A DNA stretch of 64,000 nucleotides from an uncultured candidate division Zixibacteria bacterium (GCA_963702205.1 OY969724.1:1440001-1504000), one strand, 5' to 3'; numbered from the stretch's first letter, positions 34,008 through 45,992 are shown. Notes: a model not told the origin generated them from the sequence alone. Program-made: numbers and translations.

Positions 34008-34367
34008 ATGAATATCGAAATTACCGCCCGCCATTTCGACCTGACTCCTGAGCTCAAGGAATACATCGAAAACGAGGTTACCGGCCTCACGCGCTATTTT
34101 GAAAACATCATTTCATCCGAAGTCATTCTCGACGTCGAGAAATATCGACAGTCAGCGGAAATAAAGGTCAAAGTTTATAACGCCTCATTGACCGGTAAGA
34201 GCGATACCGACGATATGTACGCCTCCATCGAGCAGTCGATCGACAAGGTTAAGACGCAGCTTAAGAAGTACAAGGAACGGTTGAAAGAAAAACGTCCGGA
34301 GAAAATCCAGGAGACGGTCGAGGAGATTACCCGTCCCGATACCGACGTCGACGCTCTGGATGTATGA
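34008..34367 (+). CDS. hpf: Ribosome hibernation promoting factor
   Basis: MNIEITARH, DMYASI, QLKKYKE; follows rpoN. Confidence 0.92.
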   Translation: MNIEITARHFDLTPELKEYIENEVTGLTRYFENIISSEVILDVEKYRQSAEIKVKVYNASLTGKSDTDDMYASIEQSIDKVKTQLKKYKERLKEKRPEKIQETVEEITRPDTDVDALDV

Positions 34368-34398
34368 TCGTGTTGATCGAAGACTAGATATAAATTTC

Positions 34399-34425
34399 AA
34401 AAGCCCCGGAGATGGGGCTTTTTTT
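34399..34425 (+). terminator. Intrinsic terminator
   Basis: AAAAGCCCC-ggagat-GGGGCTTTTTTT. Confidence 0.8.
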
Positions 34426-35068
34426 ATTGGGTTTACAAAGACTGTCAGGTCACACTCCCGACTGCGTCGGGACCAGGACCTGACAGAACATATACTCGTG
34501 CGTTGTGATTGGCGGGTCCTCAGACCCGACTCCTGCCCGGTCGATCTGAGGATCGACCGGGCACAACGCTGGGAACTGTAATTCCCACGTTGTTTCTGTG
34601 CGCGGCACTTGTCCACAAGGGCCCGGGCGTTTGGTGTATGTACGGAAAAGGGGCAGACGAGGGCGTCTGCCGCCCACTAATTGGGTTTACAAAGACTGTC
34701 AGGTCACACTCCCGACTGCGTCGGGACCAGGACCTGACAGAACATATACTCGTACGTTGTGATCGGCGGGTCCTCAGACCCGCCGCCGACCCGGTCGATC
34801 TGAGGATCGACCGGGCACAACGCTGGGTTTGCTCAAATAGTTGCCGTAGGTCACGCCGACTTGCGGCGTGACTCTTCTGTGCGCGGCACTTGTCCACAAG
34901 TGCCCGAACGTTTGGTGTATGTACGGAAAAGGGGCAGACGAGGGCGTCTGCCGCCCACTATAAAAGGCGTGGGAAGTGTCATCGTACGTTGTGATTGGCG
35001 GGTCCTCAGACCCGCCGCCGACCCGGTCGATCTGAGGATCGGCCGGGCACAACGCTGGAAACTGTAAT
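34426..35068. repeat. Tandem amplification of a multi-palindrome unit (period 254 bp, two copies plus a partial third)
   Basis: ATTGGGTTTACAAAGACTGTCAGG begins at 34426 and 34680; third partial copy 34982-35068. Confidence 0.9.
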
Positions 35069-35255
35069 AGCTTAAGACGTCGAAACCTCCCTCGCTACGC
35101 TCGGGACCTTCGGCAGGGGTTTCGACCTACCAAAGATTAAAGTTGTGTCAGGTCATTCCCATTCTTATGGGTGAGACCTGACACAATTAAAAGCGATTGA
35201 CATATCCCGGCTCCGAATTTTATTAAATACAACAAATCAGGAAAGGACTTCGATT

Positions 35256-35735
35256 ATGACAGATATCGAGATACTGAGACATGCGGTTGCGACGCTGGCG
35301 TACCGGGCCGCCAAGACGATGCGCGGCGCACCCGAATCGTTTGCGTCGTATAGTTCTGGGCCGTCGTCGAATACGCCGCTGGTGATTGTCGGACACATGG
35401 CTGATCTTATCGAGTGGGGGACGACAATAGCGCAGGGATCGCCAAAGTGGCACTATACGAAACCGGAATCGTGGGACGATGAGTGCAACCGGTTCTTCGC
35501 GGCGTTGGGAAAGTTCGACGATGCTCTTGCTTCAGCAAACGCTACTGAAAGTACAATAAAGACGATATTTCAGGGGCCGATTGCCGATGCGCTGACGCAT
35601 ACCGGTCAACTGGCGATGTTGCGGCGTTTGTCGGGCAATCCTATGAAGGGCGAAAGATACTCGAGGGCGGATATTGAGATTGGCCGGGTCGGTTCCGAGC
35701 AGACGCCGCCCAATCCGGGGAATGAGTTTGAGTGA
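35256..35735 (+). CDS. DinB-like four-helix-bundle protein
   Basis: LRHAVATLAYR, GHMADL, ADALTHTGQLAMLRRL. Confidence 0.75.
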   Translation: MTDIEILRHAVATLAYRAAKTMRGAPESFASYSSGPSSNTPLVIVGHMADLIEWGTTIAQGSPKWHYTKPESWDDECNRFFAALGKFDDALASANATESTIKTIFQGPIADALTHTGQLAMLRRLSGNPMKGERYSRADIEIGRVGSEQTPPNPGNEFE

Positions 35736-35956
35736 GCATATCAATAGGTCAAAGTCTTTGGTAGGTCAGGCTCACTTGCCGAAGGCCCTGAGTCTTACGA
35801 AGGGGGGCAGACATTTTTTGTTCGTCAATTGTCTACATGAAAAGAGCCAAGACGCGAGTCGGCCTACGAAGTCTGATTTTTATCCACCTGCCATATAATT
35901 AATGCCGTGGCTGGCCGGGCCTCGAACCAGTCTTAGCCATTTGACAATGCAGTTGC

Positions 35957-36697
35957 CTAATCAACACCGATGACATCGAGTTTCATTAAATCCAGTGCTT
36001 TTGTGTCGGCATCGATTATTGACATTGAAAGAACTACTCTGCCCGGTTTGTCATGCGCCGCAAGGCCATTGATCACCGCCGGGCTTTCTCCAGTTATGAA
36101 TATCCAGCCAGATTTTATAACGTCTTTTTCTGAATTCATAGAATAGTTGATATAAATGCCCATGAATTGGGTGCTTTTTGGCGTCTTCCCACAATCGCCT
36201 TTGCCCAACAAATCATAAAATTTTAATTTTGGCGGTATTTTTGGTATCCCGTGATAAACTTGAGGCGGAATAGGAATTGTATCCGGTATTGGTTTAATTT
36301 CATATGGAATTTTGCTGTCGTTTATAAAATTTGAAATTATTTTTAACAAGAGTCCGGTATGCAAATCAATAAAGACATTGTATTCTTTCGGATATTCAAT
36401 TCCCGGATATATATAATTATCTTCCGGACAAATTATAATATTCTTGAATTTTACGAGCCATGCCGAATCAGGTTTGTTGAACATCTCTATAATGGGGAAA
36501 CTTTCTTTACTAACATCTGCCTTTAATGCGGTAATATGCATTTCGGCGCGGTTAGAATCAGAAATAGTTTGAAAACCAGTATAATTAATGGCAGATATGA
36601 TTGCAGAATCGCTTGTAATTTCGCTGCCAAAAGAACAACCGGCGATAAGTGTGATTATAAAAAACCAGTTAATGGCATTGTATTTTATATGCTTCAT
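35957..36697 (-). CDS. Hypothetical lipoprotein (AT-rich)
   Basis: Lipobox IAGC; 246-aa open frame. Confidence 0.6.
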   Translation of the reverse strand: MKHIKYNAINWFFIITLIAGCSFGSEITSDSAIISAINYTGFQTISDSNRAEMHITALKADVSKESFPIIEMFNKPDSAWLVKFKNIIICPEDNYIYPGIEYPKEYNVFIDLHTGLLLKIISNFINDSKIPYEIKPIPDTIPIPPQVYHGIPKIPPKLKFYDLLGKGDCGKTPKSTQFMGIYINYSMNSEKDVIKSGWIFITGESPAVINGLAAHDKPGRVVLSMSIIDADTKALDLMKLDVIGVD

Positions 36698-37651
36698 GCT
36701 AAATATATTACCATAAGTTCAGGTCGAACCCCCATTTATTAACATTCCAAATTATATATAACTTCTCATGGCCAAAAAACAATCACAAAATCCAAATCAA
36801 TCTGTTGTTGTTTCTCTATGGAACCCGATTAATAGAGGCTATAATTTTGTCAACTTGTGAAATTTATTTGCTAGAATCGAGGGTGGTTATGGGGACGAAA
36901 AATAAAAAATGGTACGACCAAAGCCAATTCCCGGTAACCTGTACGGTTGTATTTAATTAACTGTGCCAAAACCGGTCGAAATTGGGGTGAAAAACAGGGT
37001 TGGAAATACAAGGTTGGTAGCGTTTTTGTTAGAGGGATTGAGTGCCATTTAAAGCGGAAAAAATGGCAATTTTTCTTGTAGGTCGAAACCCCCGCGGTTT
37101 CGACAATCTTTTTTCCACGGAAGTTGTCTTTTTACAATTTACAATGAAATTGGGGTCCAATGCGATGTTAATTGGTCATAGATGCAGAATGTTAATATTG
37201 GAACTTAGTCGATTGTCTAAGATATCGAAACCTCCCTCGCTACGCTCGGGACCTTCGGCGGGGGTTTCGACCTACCAGGACCACGAAAACCAATGTCGGG
37301 TTTCTCTCCCGACTGCGTCGGGATCGGAACCCGACCTACTATATAAAATTATTGCTACCATTGACCTCGGGCGGTGATTTCGTATATTGGCATCCGACCG
37401 GGATTGCCGGGACATGTGAGCGCTTGTGCGCTGTCGGGAACCCTTTCCCGACAGAAGGTTATGATTACGGGAAGAGCGTCAGGAAGGGGTTCCTGACGCC
37501 GCAGTAAGAAAGACTGGATTCCCGCCTACGCGGGAATGACATTTATCGCCTTTGGCGTACGGGGGAATGACATTTGGGATTACCGGGGCGTTGGGATGCC
37601 GCCGGTCGTGAATTTGCAAAAAATATACTTACATAAACAACGGAGACGGAA

Positions 37652-38503
37652 ATGATTAAGAAAGTCGGGACGGTCGGATTCGGACAGATGGGCGGTGGAA
37701 TCGCTCAGGTGGCGGCAATGTCGGGATACACGGTAGTCAGCCGCGAAGTATCAGAGGAATTCATCGACAAGGGATTGAAATTCATCACCAAACTTCTGGA
37801 CAAGGGCATCGAAAAAGGCAAGATGGATCAGGCGCTCAAAGATAAAACTCTGGGAAATCTTAAAGGCACAACCAATCTTAAGGACCTCGCCGACTGCGAC
37901 ATAGTCATCGAAGCGGTTACCGAAGACATGGCGGCCAAGCGCGAAGTTTTCACCGAGCTGGATAAAATCTGCAAACCGGAGACGATTTTCGCGTCGAATA
38001 CGTCGTCGCTGCCGATCGGTGACTTGGCTACTTGTACCAAACGACCGGATAAATTTTTGGGGCTGCACTTCTTCAACCCGGTACCGATCATGAAACTGGT
38101 CGAAGTTGTGCGCACGCTGGACACGTCGGAGGAGACATACCAGATGGCGTTCGAGTTCGCCAAATCGGTGGGCAAGACGCCGGTCACGGCCAAGGATTCG
38201 CCCGGTTTCATTGCCAACGTGCTTTTGGTGCCGTACCTTCTCGACGCCATCCGTCAGTATCAAAACGGGCTGGCCTCGCGCGAGGATATCGACGACGCCA
38301 TGAAGCTGGGCTGCGGGCATCCGATGGGTCCGCTGACGCTGACCGATTTTATCGGGCTGGATACGATATTGTATATCGCGGATATTATGTTTGAGGAATT
38401 CAAAGACGACCATTACGGAGCGCCGCCGCTTTTGAGACGCATGGTCAACGCCGGGTATCTCGGCAAGAAGAGCGGACGCGGCTTTTATGATTACAATAAA
38501 TAA
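37652..38503 (+). CDS. hbd: 3-hydroxybutyryl-CoA dehydrogenase
   Basis: GFGQMGGGIA, ASNTSSL, HFFNP, GHPMGP, GKKSGRGFY. Confidence 0.93.
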   Translation: MIKKVGTVGFGQMGGGIAQVAAMSGYTVVSREVSEEFIDKGLKFITKLLDKGIEKGKMDQALKDKTLGNLKGTTNLKDLADCDIVIEAVTEDMAAKREVFTELDKICKPETIFASNTSSLPIGDLATCTKRPDKFLGLHFFNPVPIMKLVEVVRTLDTSEETYQMAFEFAKSVGKTPVTAKDSPGFIANVLLVPYLLDAIRQYQNGLASREDIDDAMKLGCGHPMGPLTLTDFIGLDTILYIADIMFEEFKDDHYGAPPLLRRMVNAGYLGKKSGRGFYDYNK

Positions 38504-38553
38504 TATTTCCGGATAGGGCGGACCCCGTCCGGTACATTTTGGGAGATATGACG

Positions 38554-39333
38554 ATGGATTTCAAACACATTCAAATCAAGCACGATGAAGGCATCGCGAC
38601 CATTACGATCAATCGAGAAAAGGCCCTCAACGCGCTTAACCACGAAGTAATCGAGGAGCTTCAGACCTTTTTCCGCAACCACTGGACCGACGACAGCCTG
38701 CGCGTGGTCATCATCACTGGTGCGGGAAAGGCGTTTGTGGCCGGGGCGGACATCAAGGAACTGGCCGAATGCGACGTGGTCTCGGCGACCAGAACGTCTT
38801 TGCTGGGACATCACCTGATGCGTTCGATAGAAAACTTCCCGTGCCCGGTGATCGCGGCGATCAACGGTTTCGCTCTCGGCGGTGGGTGCGAACTGGCGCT
38901 GGCGTGCGATATTCGTCTGGCGTCAGACAAAGCCAAGCTGGGTCAGCCGGAGATAAACCTGGGCATCATTCCCGGTTACGGCGGCACACAGAGGCTGACT
39001 CGGCTGGTGGGTCGCGGTAAAGCCAAACAGATGGCGCTCACCGGCGACATGATCACCGCAGAAGAGGCCAAGCGGATCGGCCTGGTCGAAGAAGTCTTTC
39101 CGGCGGAAGAGTTGATGGATAAGGCCATCGAGATGGCCAAAAAGATTGCCTCGAAGGCTCCTATCTCTGCCAAAGCGGTTAAGGAATGCATCAATCGTGG
39201 GCTGGACATGAACCTGTCGGCCGGATGTGATTTTGAAAAGAACATGTTCGGGCTGCTGTACGGAACCGAAGATACATATGAAGGGCTAAATGCCTTCATA
39301 GAAAAGCGATCTCCGGTGTTTAAGAATAAATAG
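38554..39333 (+). CDS. crt: Enoyl-CoA hydratase (crotonase)
   Basis: AFVAGADI, GFALGGGCEL, GQPEINLG, PGYGGTQRL. Confidence 0.9.
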   Translation: MDFKHIQIKHDEGIATITINREKALNALNHEVIEELQTFFRNHWTDDSLRVVIITGAGKAFVAGADIKELAECDVVSATRTSLLGHHLMRSIENFPCPVIAAINGFALGGGCELALACDIRLASDKAKLGQPEINLGIIPGYGGTQRLTRLVGRGKAKQMALTGDMITAEEAKRIGLVEEVFPAEELMDKAIEMAKKIASKAPISAKAVKECINRGLDMNLSAGCDFEKNMFGLLYGTEDTYEGLNAFIEKRSPVFKNK

Positions 39334-39501
39334 TTGAGGCATTAATCCGACCGTCAGGAAAGGATTCCTGACGGCGCGATGGGTTGTACTGCTCGAATGA
39401 AACTAACCCACCCGCTGGGTGGGCTACAAGATGGTTTTGGATGCGATATATCTCAATAGCGAGGATGGGTAAAAGCAGGGCAGAACCCTTTAGAGGTAAA
39501 A

Positions 39502-39607
39502 GTAGGGCAGAACCCTTTCGAAGACCCTGATCTTTTGAAGGGTAGCGGTTCTGCCAGTATACATTTTCAAGATGGCAGAACTGCTTCGCTTCGAGTTCTG
39601 CCACAAG
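39502..39607. repeat. REP-like element, family E (GTAGGGCAGAAC..), empty copy of the IS110 target
   Basis: Near-identical to 53963-54074; related copy at 18198-18234. Confidence 0.85.
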
Positions 39608-39705
39608 AAATTTCTCACCCGTTGGGTGGGCAACAAGATGCTATCGAGACGGGGTTCTTGACGGCGCGTGAATAGTACGGCAACAATCAACAATTCGGGG
39701 GAGTT

Positions 39706-41703
39706 GTGATATATTATTTCATCGCACTTGTTTTTATTTTCGGAAAGCACGACAGGCCGCACGGGCTGTTTTACGATGACGTCCAGTTGTACGACAACGT
39801 CGATTTCGACGAGGTGTATGAGGTTGATATCGAGAACGATACCCTGACCGTACCCTACGGGCAAATCGTGCTCGAACTCGGCAAGATGTACCTGGTCGGC
39901 TATGTCGACGACCGACCGATATCCGCCTATTATCAGGGCGACGGGGTAATAAAGTACTATCCGAAAAACGATATCGAAGCGCAGCAGATCAAGCGCTTCT
40001 ATCGCACCGATACCGTCGACGAAAAATTCAACGAAATCTACTTCGCCTTCCCCGAAGATTCCAAATTCCTTGAGCGCTACTACGATGCCGGGGATACGGT
40101 GAATATCGAGGGCCGGGTCAAGAATATGTACGGTGGTTTGAAAAAGGTTCCCAGTTCCGATTTTAAGTACGATCTTCCGGTCAACCTGTGCCGCGCATCG
40201 ATCGAAGAAAAGAACGACTTCCTCTGGATCAACGCCCGCCGCGAACGATACAGCAATACGATTTATTTTTATGACCCGTATTCGTATGAACAAATCCAGC
40301 TGTACAAGTACGCCTCGAATTTCAAAACGCCGCAATTGGTGTCATCGGTGACCGATCCGAAAGTCGAGCACACGCCCGTCGATACCCGGCTGATCGACCT
40401 GTTCGACTACGATATGAATATAAATATCCCGGCTATCGTAAAATCCGATATCGCCTGCACCATGACTTTCACGGTGATGGCCGAGAATCTTAGAGTTGTC
40501 CCCCTCAATTTCCCGGCCAAGTTCGACGTCGATTCCGTCGCCGGAGTCGTAGCCGATTCGCTGGAATTTATCAAGGACGATGGCCGGCGGGGAGTCTACG
40601 TTCGACTGGATAATTATTATCATAAGGGCGACATCGCGAGTGTCACGGTCTATTACAGGGCCGGCCTGTTTCGGCAGTACATCCAGTACGGCATAGTCCA
40701 GGATTATCTTACCCGTTGGTATCCATACAACGGCTTCCGGCAGTTGTCGACGTACCATTTGTGGTACACGATAGATCCGGGGACGACCTTTCTGTCGGTC
40801 GGGAAAATGGCCAAAGATACAATCATCGAAGGCAAACGTCACCTGGAGTTCGCCTCCGAAAAACCGCTGGCCTATGCCGGGTTCAATTACGGTGTTTTCG
40901 ACTCGACCGAAGTGCCTGACGCCCCGATCCCGATCACGGTGTATTCCTTGAAAAAAGACAATTCTCTTCTGTTCGGCAAAGGCGGAATTAACAACGTCGT
41001 GAAGGACGTCGGCGATGCCTACGGCTATTTTGAAAGTTTCCTCGGACCGGGGCCGACCGACCGTCTGGAGGTCGATCCGATGAACATGGATTTCGGGCAG
41101 AGCTCGGCCGGGCTGGTGCACCTGGCGGAAAACACATTTGATAGTAATGTCCCCGGCATTCACGACAAGTACCGCGCCCACGAAATAGCGCATCAGTGGT
41201 TCGGGCACGTGGTGCAGCCGCTGACCTATCACGACGTCTGGATATCCGAGGGAATTTCAGAGTATCTCGGCGCACTGTACGTAAGAAATGTCAAGAAAGA
41301 CGATAAAGCTTTCACTTTTATTCTGAAGGAGTGGAAGAAGCAGGTGACCAAGAAGGGCAATGTTCACGGCCTGCGGTCGATCGGATACCGGGCGGGAGCG
41401 ATCTGGCTGGGCTATCGCCTGATGGCCGATCCATCACCGGGCGATTATGAAACTCTGGTTTACTATAAGGCCGCCTTCATGATGTATCGGCTGCATAGAG
41501 CCCTGACCGATGCCAGCGGTGACGATTCCAAATTTTTCGAGCTGTTGTCGAGATTTGTGCGCGAAAACAGAGGCAAACTCGTATCAACTGATGATTTTAT
41601 TAATTACACCCGGCCATATTTGGGTGACAAAACAGACGACTTCTTCAAACACTGGCTTTATGACTGGAAGATTTCGGAAGACGATTTCGATCTCGATAAA
41701 TAA
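39706..41703 (+). CDS. M1-family zinc aminopeptidase-like protein
   Basis: HEIAHQWFG..WISEG (HExxH-x18-E) and VYYKA. Confidence 0.85.
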   Translation: MIYYFIALVFIFGKHDRPHGLFYDDVQLYDNVDFDEVYEVDIENDTLTVPYGQIVLELGKMYLVGYVDDRPISAYYQGDGVIKYYPKNDIEAQQIKRFYRTDTVDEKFNEIYFAFPEDSKFLERYYDAGDTVNIEGRVKNMYGGLKKVPSSDFKYDLPVNLCRASIEEKNDFLWINARRERYSNTIYFYDPYSYEQIQLYKYASNFKTPQLVSSVTDPKVEHTPVDTRLIDLFDYDMNINIPAIVKSDIACTMTFTVMAENLRVVPLNFPAKFDVDSVAGVVADSLEFIKDDGRRGVYVRLDNYYHKGDIASVTVYYRAGLFRQYIQYGIVQDYLTRWYPYNGFRQLSTYHLWYTIDPGTTFLSVGKMAKDTIIEGKRHLEFASEKPLAYAGFNYGVFDSTEVPDAPIPITVYSLKKDNSLLFGKGGINNVVKDVGDAYGYFESFLGPGPTDRLEVDPMNMDFGQSSAGLVHLAENTFDSNVPGIHDKYRAHEIAHQWFGHVVQPLTYHDVWISEGISEYLGALYVRNVKKDDKAFTFILKEWKKQVTKKGNVHGLRSIGYRAGAIWLGYRLMADPSPGDYETLVYYKAAFMMYRLHRALTDASGDDSKFFELLSRFVRENRGKLVSTDDFINYTRPYLGDKTDDFFKHWLYDWKISEDDFDLDK

Positions 41704-42345
41704 ATGGACTCCCTGATTGCCATATTTTTCACATCGTTCATTGTCGGATTCTCCGGAGCGATGATGCCCGGTCCCTTGTTGGCGGTGACGGTCGCCGAGA
41801 CACCCCACAAGGGCTCCCATACGGGTTCGATACTCACCGGGGGACACGCCATTGCCGAAGTCGCGGTCGTGGTTCTGTTGTCGCTGGGACTGGCAGCGGT
41901 GATGGAAAGCAAGGCGGTCAAGGGCGGTATCGGCATTGTCGGCGGGGCCATGCTTATTTTTATGGGCATCGGGATGCTCTACAGCCTGATCCGGAATAAA
42001 CTGAAAGGAGAAGGCCGGACGCCGGTTGGCAAGAAAGGCGGGCGCCTGGTGCTGGACGGCATCATCACGTCGCTCTCGAATCCGTACTGGTTTGTCTGGT
42101 GGGCGACAACCGGCGCGGCGTTCCTGATCAAGTCGCTGGAGTTCGGATTTTTCGGCCCGGTCGTTTTTTATTTCGGACACATTTTATCCGACCTGGTCTG
42201 GTACACGGTGGTCAGCGTCCTGATCTGGAATGGGCGCAAGTTCTTCGCGGGCACGGGGTATAAAATCCTGATCGGAGCCTGCGGAATATTTTTGCTTTAT
42301 TTGGGGGGAGTATTTATTCACGACGGAATTTCCGGCACTATTTAG
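41704..42345 (+). CDS. LysE-family translocator
   Basis: SGAMMPGPLL, GHAIAE, SNPYWFVWW. Confidence 0.88.
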   Translation: MDSLIAIFFTSFIVGFSGAMMPGPLLAVTVAETPHKGSHTGSILTGGHAIAEVAVVVLLSLGLAAVMESKAVKGGIGIVGGAMLIFMGIGMLYSLIRNKLKGEGRTPVGKKGGRLVLDGIITSLSNPYWFVWWATTGAAFLIKSLEFGFFGPVVFYFGHILSDLVWYTVVSVLIWNGRKFFAGTGYKILIGACGIFLLYLGGVFIHDGISGTI

Positions 42346-42477
42346 ATCTCTTGAGTGATCGTAATATCTTTGACGACAACGTATTGTAAATTGGCCGCAT
42401 TTTAATGTTGAATGCAGGGGAGGATTGTATTTTTATGGCAGTGCTTCAATTACCGACAATAGACGGTTTGTGAAATT

Positions 42478-45400
42478 ATGGGACACGCCAGTTTCGTTCA
42501 TCTACATACCCACAGCCAGTACTCGCTGCTGGACGGTGCCTGCAAGCTCGACTCGGTCATCAAGCGGGCCAAAGAGTACAACATGCCGGCGCTGGCTATC
42601 ACCGACCACGGCAACATGTTCGGGGCGGCCGAATTTTATAAAAAAGCGACCGCTTCCGGTATCAAGCCGATAATCGGTATGGAGGCGTATGTCGCCGCCG
42701 GGTCGCGTTTCGACAAACGCCCGTCGAGCACCAGCCCCGACGGGGGGTATCATCTGGTTTTGCTCGCCCGCAATCAGGAAGGGTATAAGAACCTGGTCAA
42801 ACTGTCGTCGTACGGTTTCCTCGAAGGATTTTATCATCGCCCGCGCGTGGATAAAGAGCTTTTACGGACTCACTCCAAGGGGCTGATAGCCCTTTCGGCC
42901 TGTCTAAAAGGCGAAGTCAACTGGCATTTGCTGCGCGGCAATCCCGACAAGGCACTGGACGCGGCCCGCGAACTGAACGAGATTTTCGGCGAGGGTGATT
43001 TTTATATCGAGTTGCAAAACCACGGACTGGAGAAAGAGCAGCTTCTTATCCCGATGCTCAACACGATCCATCGCGAGACGGGTATCCCGCTGGTGGTCAC
43101 CAACGATTGCCATTATATCAATCGTCAGGACTATGAAGCGCACGACGCGCTTCTGTGCATACAAACCGGCAAGATGGTTTCCGACACCGACCGCATGCGC
43201 TATAACACGGACCAGATATATTTCAAATCATCCGAGGAGATGTTCAGCGTTTTCGAAGGCTACCCCGAGGCTTTGGAAAATACGGTTAAAATCGCCGAGC
43301 GGTGCAATCTCGAAATACAGATGGGTAAGCTCTATCTCCCTCATTTCCCGATCCCGGATAATTACGCCGACGCCGATGATTATCTTCGCAAGCTTTGTGA
43401 ACAAGGCTTGCAGGAGCGGTACAGCAAGATTACGGCCGACATGCGCAAACGGCTCGATTACGAGCTCGACGTTATCAAAGAGATGGGCTATGCCGGATAT
43501 TTTTTGATTGTAAAGGACTTCATCGATTACGCGCGGTCCATAAATGTGCCGGTCGGGCCGGGACGAGGTTCGGCGGCCGGATCGCTGGTTTCGTACCTGT
43601 ACGAGAATCACCAATATCGATCCGCTGAAATATTCCCTTCTGTTCGAGCGATTTTTGAATCCCGAACGTATCTCGATGCCGGATATAGACATCGATTTCG
43701 CCGACCGGGGCCGCGACAAAATTATCGACTATGTCGTACAAAAGTACGGCCATGAAAACGTCTGCCAGATTATAACGTTCGGGACGATGGCGGCTCGGGC
43801 AGTCGTGCGCGACGTGGGGCGCGTGCTGAGTATGCCATACGCCGAAGTCGACCGTATCGCCAAGATGATTCCATTCGCGGCAAATATGACGCTCGACCAG
43901 GCTCTGGTCATAAATAAAGAATTAAAAGAGTTGTACGACGGCGACGTGCGCGTCAAGAAATTGATCGACCTGTCGCAGACGCTCGAAGGTCTGGCGCGCC
44001 ACGCTTCGACTCACGCCGCCGGGGTCGTGATTGCACCGTCGGCCCTGACCGAATTCGTCCCCCTGTTCAAAGGGACGAAAGACGAAATCGTGACGCAGTT
44101 CGATATGAAGCGGATCGAGGACATCGGCCTTTTGAAAATGGATTTCCTGGGGCTGCGGACGCTGACTGTCATAAAAGACTGCCTCGAAATGATCGAGCAA
44201 AACCACGGTAAGAAAATGGATATCGATCATGTCAATTTGAGCGATCCCAGGGTCTATAAACTGTTCGCGCGCGGCGATACGGTCGGCGTCTTTCAGTTTG
44301 AATCGTCGGGGATGCGCGACTACCTGCGCCGGATGAAATCCGATAAGTTCACCGACCTGATCGTCATGAACGCCCTGTATCGACCGGGCCCGCTCGATTC
44401 GGGCATGATCGACACCTACATCGAGCGCAAGCACGGACGCGAGAAGCTATCGTACGATCACCCCAAGCTCGAAAAGATTTTAAAGGATACGTACGGTGTC
44501 ATCGTCTTCCAGGAGCAGGTGCTGCAGATCGCCAACTCGCTGGCCGGATATTCGATGGGCAAGGCCGACATCCTGCGCAAGGCGATGGGCAAAAAGCAGG
44601 CCAAGCTCATGGCCGAGCAGAAGCGCGAGTTTTTGAAAGGGTGCGGCGAACAAAAGATCGACGCGAAAATAGCCAACAACGTGTTCGACCAGATCGAGAC
44701 GTTCGCCCGCTACGGTTTCAATAAAGCTCATTCGACCTGCTACGCCTTTATAGCCGTCCAGTGTGCCTATTTGAAAACGTACTATCCCCACGAATTTCTC
44801 GCGGCCAACATGACGTCGGAAATAGACTCCTCGGACCGCATTTATATTCTTATGGAAGAATGCCGCAAGCTCGGTATTACGGTCCTTCCGCCGGATGTCA
44901 ACGAATCGCTCAAGGCGTTCAGTGTCAAGGACGGCAAAGTGCGGTTCGGGCTGCTCGGTGTGAAGAACGTCGGTGCGGGTGCGGTCGAGGCCGTAATTGA
45001 TGCTCGCGAAGAAGATGGGCGTTTTGCCAGCTTCGCCGATTTTGTCTCGCGGGTAAATCTTAAAAATCTCAACCGCCGGACGGTGGAGTCGCTGATCGCG
45101 GCCGGGGCGTTCGATTCGATTCCCGGGAATCGTGCCCAAAAGACGGCCGTAGTCGAGTCGATGCTCGAATTTGGTGGAAAGGTGGCGCAGTCGCAAAACA
45201 GCAACGATCTTTTTGTCGGGGAGACCGGACAAATCGAACGGGTCGAACCGCCGCTGCCGGAGATCGCCGACTGGTCGATCTCGCGCAAGCTGGCCACCGA
45301 AAAAGACATGCTCGGATTTTATGTGTCCGGCCATCCGCTCGACCGCTACCGCGAAGAACTGATCTCGTTCGGTACCGTCGATACGGAAAGACTGACGACG

Positions 45401-45913
45401 GTCAAGGACGGCCGCGAAGTGCGTATCGGCGGGATCATCTCGGTGATCAGTCTGAAAACCGACAAGCGCGGCAATCAGATGGCGTTCGTGACGCTGGAAG
45501 ATTTCAAGGGCAAAGCCGAATTGATTATTTTTTCGGATTGTTACGAAAAGGGGAAGGCCTGCATAATCGAAGACAATATTGTTATGCTTTCGGGACGAGT
45601 CTCGACGCGCGAGGACGAGGCGCCTAAAATCATAGTTTCCGATCTGTTTCCGCTGGATTCGCTGGCCGACCGCTTCAAATGCCGGTTGGTCATAAAGATA
45701 GACGAGGAAACACCCGAAAAGAAACTAACGGCCGTGCAAAAGGTCCTGGCCGGAAACTCAGGTCAGACACCGGTGATGATAGCCGCGAGGCGTAACGGCG
45801 ATGAATATTATATTCGTTCGCGCAGCCTGGCTGTCGAGCCGAAACACGAGCTATTGATCAAGTTAAAAGAGCTTCTGGGCGACAGCGGAGCCTATCTGGA
45901 GCCGCCCAAATAG
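42478..45913 (+). CDS. dnaE: DNA polymerase III alpha subunit, apparent 1-bp frameshift near 43596
   Basis: HLHTHSQYSLLDG, GPGRGSAAGSLV, then FERFLNPERISMPDIDIDF and YGFNKAH in the next frame. Confidence 0.95.
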
Positions 45914-45992
45914 CCAAAAAAAGGCAACCTTTTTTGTCAGATTATGTTATAATATTAAGTTATGCAGACAACTTGAAACTTAAGGTTTGGTT

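Noticed and set aside
34426..35068. Possible CRISPR array
   Set aside because: Whole units repeat; no constant repeat with unique spacers and no cas genes
35905..35938. tRNA fragment (GGTTCGAG on minus strand)
   Set aside because: No cloverleaf or CCA end; looks like another palindrome
36740..37070. AT-rich non-coding stretch as oriC or ncRNA (also 24720-24980)
   Set aside because: No cluster of DnaA boxes and no recognisable structure; left unexplained
42478..45913. Split dnaE, intein or programmed frameshift
   Set aside because: No intein motifs, YGFNKAH region is contiguous, and there is no slippery heptamer at the break
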